Of a DNA stretch of 64,000 nt, positions 1 to 16,103 are shown in pieces (the first letter of the stretch is position 1; each line of letters begins with the position of its first letter). The stretch comes from Macrostomum lignano. Its lineage: Eukaryota. The notes below the pieces were generated by a model. It was given only the letters and a program-made list of their open reading frames with translations. It did not search any database and was not told where the DNA came from. The stretch spans positions 62,001 through 126,000 of the forward strand of contig NIVC01001922.1 in the NCBI GenBank assembly GCA_002269645.1, given 5' to 3'. The position numbers were made by a program, and so were the translations under genes.

Positions 1-187
1 TGCATTTTTTTGCGCAATCGCATAACGCGTTGTGATTTTTCTGCAAGAATTCCATCCAGGCTTCAAACCAACTACTGGGAGTTGGGACATAGGGAATGGG
101 AGGTTTTAGGTAGGGAGATTCTTCATGGGGATTGATTTTATCAACATAAACTTGAATAGAGGCATGGAGACCTATTCAAGATAGTAT

Positions 188-766
188 CTGGGGCTTTTTT
201 TCGCCAGAGACAAGGTGCAAAATCGCACCTTGTGCCAAATTTCAAGGTGCGATTTTAAGGCTCAGAGTGCAATTTCTCTTGAGTCTTGTTTCAGACAAAT
301 GGGAATGTATAGACATGTCTTATGTCTATCCTGATTGCAGCGCATGGGCATTTTGGCGGACGGCGTCCGGCGCGGATCTAATACGGCGCGGCGCGGCGCG
401 TACGGCGCGCGGCGATTAGTACGGCGCGGCGCGGTACTAATTAGATGCCGAGGCATTTAGGCTTGATAAGACAGTCATAGTTACTCCTGCCGTTTACCCA
501 AAACTGCGTTAATTTTGCTTTAGGGTTTCTTTCACAGGTAAGTCATTTCACAGCGTGGCGCAGGTTGTGTAGGCGTCTGGCGTACTTAAGCCATGCGCTG
601 CAATAGGGATGTCTATACATCTTTGTATAAAGAATGCCTTGACTTCTTGTCTGTTATCTCGCCTTTAAAGAAAAATGGTTATAAGACCGCACCTACTTTT
701 TTAATTTTAGGATGCAATTTTAAAATTTAGGGTGCATATGCACACTCTGCGCACAAAAAAACCTAG
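188..766. mobile_element. Non-autonomous DNA transposon (MITE, hAT-like) with 8-bp target-site duplication
   Basis: Imperfect TIRs: CTGGGGCTTTTTTTCGCCAGAG and CTCTGCGCACAAAAAAACCTAG. Flanked by GATAGTAT (180-187) and GATGGTAT (767-774). The uninterrupted satellite unit has a single AATGGTGT at this position. Confidence 0.65.
436..499 (-). other. 28S rRNA-derived fragment (helix 69-71, R2 target region), copy 1; not a functional rRNA gene
   Basis: Reverse complement is GGGTAAACGGCAGGAGTAACTATGACTGTCTTATCAAGCCTAAATGCCTCGGCATCTAATTAGT. The conserved eukaryotic 28S sequence is GGGTAAACGGCGGGAGTAACTATGACTCTCTTAAGGTAGCCAAATGCCTCGTCATCTAATTAGT. Same length, with most mismatches at AAGGTAGC. Confidence 0.8.
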
Positions 767-2031
767 GATGGTATTGATAAATTCTAGACTCAGTGGAAAG
801 GTAGACCTAACCAAAATGTCAATGACCAAACACTGGGGCATGAGTAATAGGATGGGGGTTTTTAAGATAAAGGATTCTATATAGGGGTTGATTTTATCAA
901 CATAAACTTTAATAGAGGCATAGAGACCTATTCAAAATGGTGTTGATAAATTCTAAACTCCAGGAAAAAGGGATTGATCTTTACAAAAAGATAAATGACC
1001 AACTATCGGGGCATGGAATAGGATAATAGGTTTTTGAGTAGGGGATTCTTCATGGAGGTTGATTTTATCAATTCAAACTTGAATATTAGACATTTGTAAT
1101 ATGATTAATTACAATACTTATATCACTAAATCATTTGGTAAGAGATATTAATATCAACCACAATGGCAAAGGTAGCAACAAATCACAATATAGAAGACAA
1201 TAATATTGTCGCACATCGTAGATATAGCAAATTTAAAATAGAGGAAACTGTGACAAGGCAATTATTTGACATTATAACAAAACTCAATACCAAATTTGAT
1301 AAAGTCATTTGTATTCACTATATATTATAGTTGGAAAATGATGAATATTACTTGTGATTTCTTAATTTTATATTCACAAAGCAAGTTAACTTTTTTGTTT
1401 TGAAAAATATTCATTTTTAAATACAAATTTCATTGAAACAATTTTTATCAAATTCTTATTGACATCATAGTCAATTAATAAACTGAGGTTGCATTACCAT
1501 AGAATGTGGTTTTTTGGGGATTTTTTTGCTTTTTTATCATTTTGGGCATCCACCAAGTGTCTGGTGAAAATTTAAAAAAAATGGAAAAATTGAAGTATTT
1601 TATCAACATAAACTTTAAAAAGTCTAAACTTCTCTATGAGATTGAGAAATAGTATGATATGCATGAAATACAAATGAAATAGTAAAATAAATTCATATTA
1701 GGCAACAAATACAAAAGTAACATAAATGCAATATTAGGTAAAGTGGCTTGCTTGGCAAGTAAAATAAAGAGAAATCAGAAAATCAACATGTGGTTTTTTT
1801 GACACATTTTGTATACAAAGGTGCATTGTCAGGTATATTGTTTGAAACGAAAGGTGTGAGTAAGCGAATTTATAAATTATTTGTCAATGAAACATATATA
1901 ACTGGTAAGTAAGTATTTTGTATGTACAAAATAGTAAGAGGTTGATAGTCTGTAGGGTAGGGCAAAGACCAATAGGCAGAAAACAAAATATAATTGAATG
2001 AGCACTGGTTACAAGGTCAGTGCTCTCTCAC

Positions 2032-2330
2032 TCAGAATACATGGAGAACATGGCCTGTACCACTGTGTTGGAGTTGTGTATTAAGGGTGGGCAACTGGTT
2101 TTTTATATACAAGGCTTCTAAGATCTTGAGCTTGTGATTAGATGGGCATTGATCAATGATTTTAAAATGTTCTTCAGGTGTACAATTAGAGCAGCTGTTA
2201 CATTCCAAAAGGTAGGTTTGGATGGCCAATGGTTTGAGCCAGTGCTCCTTGGTTCTAGTGTGTGTGTCTTTTGGTCTTCCCCATGTAGGAGACACTCTGG
2301 TCAACAGTGCAGTTGAAATATTAATGTGCA
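2032..2330 (-). mobile_element. Penelope-like retroelement remnant: frameshifted GIY-YIG endonuclease C-terminus
   Basis: Reads YFNCTVDQSVSYMGKTKRH, then a frameshift in the (CA)n run at ~2258-2267, then HTRTKEH...LLECNSC...FKIIDQCPSNHKLKILEALYIKNQLPTLNTQL. This matches the PLE GIY-YIG pattern YIGxTxRxLxxRxxEH...LxxxEALxIxxxxPxLN. Confidence 0.8.
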
Positions 2331-2399
2331 ATATTAATATATATTGTATAAAATATTAATAAAATAAAGCAAAGAAATACTAATAATGTACAATATACT

Positions 2400-5300
2400 T
2401 ACAAAATAAAGAAATATAATACTTGGTTTCTATGAAACATTGTCATAATGCCCTTGTTATTGGTCTTCATGGCATGGCAGTAAAGGGTTTGGCCTTTTGC
2501 CTGAGTTTCCCCAGCTCTGGGTTTTACCATGGTACCATTATGCCTACATGGTACCTTTGTAAGCATAAACAGGGTAGGCCACTTCATAGGCTGCAATAAT
2601 ACAACCTGTCAACATCTTGGCCATATGGTCCATATCTTTGTAGGTTTTAATTGGATATAAGTCTGAGTTCTTGCAGATGCAGATCAAGGGTAGCCTTATA
2701 GGCCACCCAATCAGTGTTGTTAATATTACACCTCCAAGTGATCAAGAACTGGGGTTTAGTTAAAGGCAACAAAGCAGTGGTCAGATAGAAAGGGCTCCTA
2801 AGACTAGACTTTCCACTCCTTGACTCTGTCAAAGAGTCTTGGGGTAATGAGTATGGCATTGAGGACCTCAGTCTATCTGTCATTGTTGAAAGTAAGAGTG
2901 CTACTGCAATTGCAGAGCATAAGGTTTGTATTAGAGATAAGGGCCAAGAGCTTCTCCCCTCTAGTATTGGTGTCTTTGCTGCCTCAATGCTTATGTTGTA
3001 CATTGAAGTTGCCCCCTAAGCATAGCTTAGCATTCTGGGACTTGCAATACTATGCAAGGTGCAGCAGACTCTCAGGTGCCAGGTCTCTATTGCCTAGAAT
3101 ATAGATTGAGGCAACAAGACATATATGCAGAGAGAGATAATTAGATTGGATGACACAGAAGTCTCTATCTGAATGATCAGTCTTTAGCCAAGCGTGGAGA
3201 TGGCTAGCAGCAAGGATAGCCACTCTAGGGTGGCTGTTCCCTAGGCCATAACACAAAAATCAGTATAGCTAGGAGGAATGTTAGGCAATTTACCATTGCA
3301 AATCTAGGGTTCCTGGATCAGGATAAGGCCTAGCCTATACAGCTCAGCAATCTTCATCAGATTTACTGCCACAGATATGCAATGCTGTAAATTAATTTGC
3401 AGACAGAATGTATGCTACTCCTTTGGCAGAATGGAGCTTAGTCATACTGTATTAAATGCAATAGCTGGCTAGAACCCTAGGCCATCAAGGAGACTTGGAC
3501 AACAGTTCATCCTTGTCCTAGGCCATTGGGGCTTGATGGGAAGATGGGAGTTGGTTGATATCCATGGCCTCCTTACCTCTACTAGCCCCCGCAGATTCCT
3601 CGGGCTCCAATGACAAGATGGAGGTTTCCTCATTTGCATCTTTGCCCTTAGACCCTACTAGGGTGGCCAAGAAGAGCTTAGATTCTAAAGACCTAGCCTT
3701 GTCCTTAACTCTTTCTCTAGCTGGTAGGTTCAGTTCCTAGGGCTTGGCTGGAGCCATCACTGCAATTGCCCAATTGCTGCTAGCAGAGGGGCAAGATGTA
3801 GCTTTGGCTTTGGGATTGGTTTGCACCTTTCCTTGGGCCTTAGACTATGCCTTGCTCTTGCCAGAGATGCCGGGGTTGGCAAGTAGCCTTCCCTTTGGCA
3901 GATTTTCCTTGGTGCAGCTTGAGCTTGAGGGTACCTAGCTAGAAAGAAAATCCATTGGGGTACCAACTTGCCCAAGCATTGGATAAGCTGAGGATGATTG
4001 AATTGCCCATGTCCCCCTGCAGACCTTGCAGTGATACACCAGTCTACTAGCAAAGAGATTACGATTTAGACGCAGTAGGACCTGGTATACAATGTCTAGT
4101 CTAGCTATTGTGCTCTTGGAAGGGACAAAAACCATGTAGGGTATTATTGTCTTTGATGCTGGCCTTCGCAAAGAAAAAGGGCTCCACTGAGCTCAGCATC
4201 TAAGTAGACCATCACCAGCCACTGGAGCAGCTGCTAAATATCCTTCTCACTGCTAGGAGCAAAAAGAACAAATGTGCTTTGTAGCACCATCTGCTCAATG
4301 CTGATAGAAATTCCCTCCTCAACAGTCAGCCCAATCAGATAGGAGTCAATAGCACTCCACACGTTTTGAAGCTGACCAGTGGTCTAGTCCTAGTTGCAAC
4401 CTTGAATGATCACTCCCAGGATTTTGGCCTTGGCTTTTGCTGCAAAGGTAGCTCCCAAAGGAACTTTCTTGTTAGCAGTGGCCATTTGTTGCACCATGTT
4501 TTTGGCCTTAGCAGCTACAGCAACATCCACAAGGAAGTGCTGCCACTAAACTGCTAGAGCTTCCACCAGCTGGCTTGTCTGGTTGCCTTGGGACACCAGT
4601 TGCTTTAGCATCCATGGTGGATGCTACCACTTAGGCGGCCCTCGCAGCTCCCTTCTTGGCCTGCCTCTTGGCATGTTGCTTAGCACATTTGTACTTAAGC
4701 CAAGCTTGTTGAGCTTTGTTAGATCTGCTAGATTTGGCTGGTCCTCAAGGCTCAGAGCCTGCAGTTCCCTTAGATCCACCAGCAAAGCTGGCAGGTCTTT
4801 GGCTACTTTGGTTTTGGTAGCTCTGGTTGGATCTGCCAGCAGAGCCAGCTGGTTCTTCCTTTGCCACAGTTGAATCAGTTGGTTGGGATCTGCCAGCAAG
4901 TCCCCCAACCTTTGGACTGAAGTTGGGGTTTAGAAAGTTTCCTGTCCCTCGATATAACTTGATTATCTATAGTCAGCTTGAAGGCCTTGATAAAGATTGG
5001 TGGGCTATCCTCAAAGGGGCACAGTACCCACCTAGTCACTCCACCTGACCAGGCAATAGGCCAAAAAAAACTTCAAGGCTGGCCTGACACCAGGAAGGAG
5101 ACCACTTGTAACCAAACTACTCCCTAGCCTTCTAGCCCATTGGCATGGTCAATACCTTAGGCATTAGAGGATATGTTGAGCAGTACCATGGCCTGCAGAC
5201 TGGCAAGCCAGACTAGCATATCCAAGTTCAACAAGAGCCATTAGATGGGTCAACAACACTGGAGCCCTAGGGTCTACTTTGAACACTTATGGGGATGGGT

Positions 5301-5600
5301 ACCCCTGGGTTGGCTTGCGAGGCAATGTAGTGAGGGGGCAGTGGCAAATAGGTGTAGACCTCCCACTAGCCTTAACCTACTAAAGATAGAGGTAGGTATG
5401 GAGCATCGTAGACCTTAGCCCTTGGGCCTAGTCAGTCTTATACTTCACTGGCATGCTGAATATGCCTTGCAAGCTAAGCAAGGTCCAGCTTTGCCTGATC
5501 TAACAGGTCTAGCAAGCTATTGACATGGTACTAGTCTAGTTAGATTATCCCTCTAGCCTCTTAGACCAGCAGCTAATGCCTGTGAATAGCATTCATGTTG
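2400..5600 (-). mobile_element. Degenerate non-LTR retrotransposon (R1/LOA-like): ORF1 region plus APE endonuclease, truncated before RT
   Basis: Minus-strand motifs in the expected order: LQINLQHC (~3380-3402), LILIQEP* (stop at 3304-3306), LCLGGNFN (~3002-3025), *GSKDTNTRGEKLL (stop at 2984-2986), EPFLSDH (2777-2785 = SDH), VPW*NPELGKLR (~2524). The ORF1-like region at 3450-5050 is only in fragments, and the outer boundaries are approximate. Confidence 0.8.
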
Positions 5601-7414
5601 AGTGGCTTGGCACCAATAGCTATATCATTCTGGAGAATTATGAGTTATTTCTTTATCACCATTGGGTAGTAGCTTGATTAAAATCTTAACTTCTATTAAT
5701 GGAAGTGTTAACTTACTTATTAACTCTTAATTTCATTAAGTTTACTGAAAATGAAAGTTAACTCATATTCATTATTAAGCATTATTATGTTAATGTTAAC
5801 ACAACATACAATAATATTTCACTTTTTTTATAAAACAAACTTCAAAATGCACTGTCTTTGCTTTTCCATTTTTTGTCAGCCAACATAAAGATATGGAGAC
5901 ATCATCCAATCAATTTACAATTTATTTAGTAACAAATAATAGCAAAAACTTATATATAAAAGGCTACTAAAAGTAGTATAAAGTAAGAGAAAATAACTTT
6001 TTTGCATCTTTGGTCTCATAGGCATTGTAATTAATGTTATCAATGATTTTTTTGTTAACTAACAAAATTAATGACTTAAATTTAAAATTTGTTAATCTAT
6101 TGGTGCAAAAAATCTTAATGCTTTTTAAGGCTTATTAACAGACTGGTGCCCAACACTGAGTAGATAATGAAGGGATATCTAAGAAGCCTACAAGATTGCA
6201 TCAAATGCATTGTCCAGGTTGGCCATCAATATATGGCTCTCAAAAGTATATGCTGATTTCACTAGGTAATAAAATAAGAGTTAGAGCTGGTTGTCTACTA
6301 GCCATATTGCCAGATAAATATTAAAATATTTGATCAATGTTACAATAAAAAGGATAGGCCAAAGTCTATAGAGTATACTATAATAGTTTGAAGGACCATT
6401 TGAAATAAAAATGGAAAATAAAAGTTACATATTAATAAAAAACTAATTACATATTTTATTGACCAAACATAATACTAGACTATTATTTATGATCTATTCT
6501 AATAGCTGACAATCATGGCAGTTAAAAATGCAAGGAAAATAATTTTGCAAAAGAAACCACAGCATTGATATCCAGGCAATAGGGCATATCAATATCATAG
6601 ACTATGATTTATAACATAGATAGGACCAAGGACCTTGATGTTTTATTATATAGCTCTATAGAACAGATACAGCTTGATATCATTTTTATATCTTGGTCAT
6701 GAATTCTTGAATCTACCCTCTTAAAGTTTTGTTTAATAATAGACTTGGAAGTTGAAAATTTGATAGATCTTTCTTATTATTCATATTGTTAAAATGCCCT
6801 TTAATAATTAATCTTGAGCTATGGACATATGGCAGTAAAGTATTAATGTAGCATCTATATCATTAAGAAAAAATTGGCATATAATTACAAATTTGGTGCA
6901 TACTTAGGTTTTTTAGTGTACAATTGACCATCCCTAAAAATCATTTTATTGTACACTTGCCATGTTCTTCATTATGGGGCCTAGCCTAGGCATATCTATA
7001 GGGTCTAATTAATCTATGTGGAGCCAAGCTAATCATTTTTAATATTGTAGTTAATAATTGTAATAAATAATTAGCAAGTTATTTAGAATATATTAGTAGG
7101 ACATATTAATTATATTATAATTCTAGGGTTATGTTTCAAATTTGAAATGATGTTGGGTATTGTAAACACTTATTATAGTCATATACAAAGTACAATGCAA
7201 GCTGTGCTTTGGGCATTTAGCATGATCAGATGAAATATGAAACCACTTTCTTATTTTATCCTTGTCCCAACTATAATTTAACAAGCCATTCTACTTGAAA
7301 TCAATTTGCTAACCTCTATGGAAGTTTTGTGATTACCTAAATGCTAAGATTGCAAAGTTGTAAGCATCTCATCACTAATTCTAATATATGGCAAACCTTT
7401 TTGCATGACTTGAA

Positions 7415-12487
<5,073 letters not shown>

Positions 12488-12659
12488 TTGACTTGCTACA
12501 AATATGACTCTCAGCTCTTAGTTGTACACTCCTAACTTGAGCCACCGTTTTACTGTGATCTGCCATCGATCTGGTAACAACTGTTGCAATTGGTATCCCT
12601 CCCTGCTGCCCAACTCCATCGGTACCCAAGTGTCACTTCCCCAGCTCCCCCCCCCCAGC

Positions 12660-12930
12660 ATCACCTCTGTTCCCCAGCGTCACCCCTGTGTCCCTGTGTT
12701 ACCCCTGTTAACCGGCGTCACCCCTGTGTCCCTGTGTCACCCCTGTTCCCCAGCGTCACCCGTGTCCCTGTGTCACCCCTGTTCCCCAGCGTCACCCCTG
12801 TGTCCCTGTGTCACCCCTGTTCCCCAGCGTCACCCGTGTCCCTGTGTCACCCCTGTTCCCCAGCGTCACCCCTGTGTCCCTGTGTCACCCCTGTTCCCCA
12901 GGGTCACCCCTGTGTCCCTGTGTCACCCTG
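12660..12930. repeat. Minisatellite (~38-bp GTCACCCCTGTTCCCCAGCGTCACCCCTGTGTCCCTGT) downstream of the RNF121 stop
   Basis: Directly visible; explains the ORFs at 12522 and 12584. Confidence 0.9.
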
Positions 12931-13315
12931 GTTATCTGTGCTAAGTCAAATCCGCTACCATGATCATAATGTCCCGAACCAGAGCCCGCACTGGCCTAGC
13001 AAAGATCAAAGCTTGCGCGGAGTACAGCACATCTGCCTGTTTTGCACGCGCATCTCGTAATTGCTATTCCTGTGTTTGCTTGACTGCATCAATATTGGTT
13101 TGAATTTATTGCTTGTCCTTGTAAACTCGTTTCGTTTAGTTTTGTTCTATTCGTCATGAAAGTCAATATACAGAATAGATTCGGTTTACAGATAGCACTA
13201 CTACTGCAGTAACTATCTGTTATCGATGCTCTTTGTTTAGTTCCTTCTATAATTCCCCTTTTATTAATTTTCTGTTTTCCCCTGATCAAATTCTATCTAA
13301 TTGCTGTGTTATTAT

Positions 13316-13880
13316 GCTGAGCAGTCAGCTATCAGTTAGCCAACAATGAGCAGTCAGCTATCAGCTAGCCAACAATGAGCAGTCAGCTATCAGCTAGCCA
13401 ACAATGAGCAGTCAGCTATCAGTTAGCCAACAATGAGCAGTCAGCTATCAGTTAGCCAACAATGAGCAGTCAGCTATCAGCTAGCCAACAATGAGCAGTC
13501 AGCTATCAGCTAGCCAACAATGAGCAGTCAGCTATCAGTTAGCCAACAATGAGCAGTCAGAGCTATCAGTTAGCCAACAATGAGCAGTCAGTTATCAGTT
13601 AGCCAACAATGAGCAGTCAGTTATCAGTTAGCCAACAATGAGCAGTCAGCTATCAGCTAGCCAACAATGAGCAGTCAGCTATCAGCTAGCCAACAATGAG
13701 CAGTCAGCTATCAGCTAGCCAACAATGAGCAGTCAGTTATCAGTTAGCCAACAATGAGCAGTCAGCTATCAGTTAGCCAACAATGAGCAGTCAGCTATCA
13801 CCTAGCCAACAATGAGCAGTCAGCTATCAGCTAGCCAACAATGAGCAGTCAGCTATCAGTTAGCCAACAATGAGCAGTCG
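13316..13880. repeat. 29-bp minisatellite (TGAGCAGTCAGCTATCAG[T/C]TAGCCAACAA), about 19 copies
   Basis: Directly visible between RNF121 and UBE2K. Confidence 0.95.
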
Positions 13881-14580
13881 CAGGTGATCCCAGGGAATTT
13901 ATCAGATTAGACCTGCTCTGGCTAATGCTATATAGATAGATGAAGCCTTGAGCACTGGCTGCAGCTTGATCCCAGTAACTGTAAAAAGCTTTCGTGAGCA
14001 ATCGGATTTCATAGACAAGGCAATCATGCGAGCAGGGCGTGGGTGGTAGGGTTTTGGGTTTGTACTTTTTTCTGGAAAATTCTTTGTCGAATATCGATCG
14101 CTAAAGTGCAGCGGCTTTGCTCACCCGTGCGCTGTTTATCGTATTTGCGTTGGCACCTTAGTAATGACAGTCGAATCTTATGTAAGTGACAGTAAGTCCA
14201 CAACTGTTATGTATTTGTTGTCCATGTGTCCTAGTGAAATTCTTAGTAATTTATTATGAATAAAAGTATTGATAGTCTGATTACTGATAGAATAAAATTG
14301 GCTGATATGAACTGCGTATGCTTGCAATACTTTTCCTTTCTTATTTACTTTTCATACATGTAATTACCTTCTAATTTGGGCTGAAGGATTTAAGGTGCTC
14401 CTGGGAAATTTATATTGTCCCCACTGCTACCTGAACTCCCCACTGCTGCCTGAACTCTCAGTCACAAGCTGAGCTCATTCATTACTATCAGAACTCCCCA
14501 GTACTTGTGGCTCCCGAGTCCCAACAGGCTGGTCGCACTGCGTCCGCTGCCCTGAAATGCCCTCAATGACCCCCTGGCTT

Positions 14581-14597
14581 TTCAGTCCCAAGCCGCC
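14581..14597 (+). promoter_or_regulatory. Candidate 3' splice acceptor (possibly trans-splice) just upstream of the UBE2K ATG
   Basis: CCCCTGGCTTTTCAG|TCCCAAGCCGCCATG; the AG at 14584-14585 is 12 nt before a Kozak-like GCCGCCATG. Confidence 0.4.
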
Positions 14598-15462
14598 ATG
14601 ACCAGCATAGCCGACCAGCGAATCCGGCGCGAGTTCAAGGAGGTCATGACCAGCAAGGAGATCACCAGCCACCAGATCCGCGTCCTCCCGGCCGCCGAGT
14701 CGCTCCGCGAGCTGCGCGGCGAAATCGTCGGGCCGCCCGACACGCCCTACGATCAGGGCCGCTTCCAGCTGGAGATCCGCATCCCCGACAATTACCCGTT
14801 CTCGCCTCCCATTGTGAAATTCGTCACCAGAATCTGGCACCCCAACATCAGCTCAGTGACTGGCGCCATCTGTCTGGACATTCTCAAGGACCAGTGGGCC
14901 GCCGCCATGACTCTGCGCACCGTGCTGCTGTCCCTGCAGGCCCTGCTGGCCTGTGCCGAGCCCGACGATCCACAGGACGCCGTGGTGGCCAGCCAGTTCA
15001 GGGAGCGGCACGACATCTTTCTGGCCACTGCGCGCCACTGGGCTGCCGCCTACGCTAACGCGCCGGACAGGGAGCCGGAGCTGACCAGGAAGGTTGCGGC
15101 GCTCCAGCAGATGGGATTCTCCGAGGTTCGTTTGTTTGTGGATTTCCGTTCTCTATGATGTTTCTATTTTTAGATTGGTGTAATTCCCTGTTCGTGTCTA
15201 TTTTTAGACACGTATTCTCTCTATATTTTTAGACTGTTGGGGTTCCCCTCCCCTATGTAACTTCAGTTGGCGCTAAATTGAACTACCTTAAAGTATCAAA
15301 GTAGGTAAATGGCTATTAATCAGAGCAACGGCCATCTTGCCTGCACCCAAGTATCATTTTTTTATTTTCCAGCACGAATGTCGAGTCGCCCTATCGATGC
15401 ACCTGTGGAACCCGGAGCGAGCAGCCGAGCACCTGCTGAGCCAGGGATGCAGCAGCACTTGA
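14598..15462 (+). CDS. UBE2K: Ubiquitin-conjugating enzyme E2 K (E2-25K/HIP2/Ubc1 type) with C-terminal UBA domain, 205 aa
   Basis: join(14598..15125,15373..15462). Contains RIRREFKEV, GPPDTPY, WHPNISSVTGAICLDILKDQWAAAMTLRTVLLSLQALL, EPDDPQDAVVA and UBA MGFSE|HECRVALSMHLWNPERAAEHLL. AATAAA at 15707-15712. Confidence 0.96.
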
Positions 15463-16103
15463 CGGATTAGTTAAATTCCTAAGCCTCGGCTTGGCGCTCC
15501 CTACCTCCAGCTTGCTGCAGTGCAGGCCATCGCTACTCCCTCCGGCCTGCCCCTCTCTCCTTGTCCGTGTGCTTTCCTTTGCTAATTGTCTGTGTGGACT
15601 GCTCAGCGACACGCCACCTGTTCTGGTTATCCAAGCCAAGCTGTTGCTTATCCGTTACATGAGTTCATTCAGCTGACTATTTTGCCTAAAATGTGTCTCA
15701 CTATTCAATAAATGTGTAAGCATAACTGACAGACTAAACGGGCATCTGCATTACTCTTTTGGCAGCAGCAGCGCAGGGTGCTGGCATTTTGATTTACTCA
15801 CTAGCTAGTTACAGCATGCTTGTGTGCGCTTAGTTTTATGTCAGCCACGTTTCTATGGGCATTGATAATTATGTCAGTCACTTTTTGTGTGTCGCTTTTG
15901 CTTAACAAACTTTTCTACTCAAATACAAACAGGCTACTGACGAATGTGTCATGTGTTCATTTTTATTTACTCAAATACGAAAATGGAAAAACAGTTCTTC
16001 ATGTTTTTGCGTTCTTTTGTCATGTCGCCTTCTTGTTAATCGTTCTTAGACCAGAAGAATTCACTATCACCTGAACAGCTAAAAAAGCACCGAAATGAAT
16101 GAG

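Larger units (their letters stand above)
60..1085. repeat. Degenerate ~170-bp tandem satellite (about 3 units), interrupted by a MITE
   Basis: Motif GATTTTATCAA(C)ATAAACTT(G)AATAGAGGCAT recurs at ~134, ~890 and ~1061 (partial at ~1597). The last spacing is 171 bp and the first is about 171 bp plus the 188-766 insertion. Confidence 0.7.

Noticed and set aside
436-499. Functional rRNA gene or rDNA unit
   Set aside because: Only 64 nt match 28S, helix 69 pairing is disrupted, and there is no other rRNA sequence nearby.
5640-7330. Possible decayed ORF, including a Gypsy-integrase-like FEGPFEI motif near 6385-6405 on the + strand
   Set aside because: Stop density in the frames I translated is no lower than expected for AT-rich DNA, and only one short motif was seen. 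Unresolved without a tBLASTn or HMM search.
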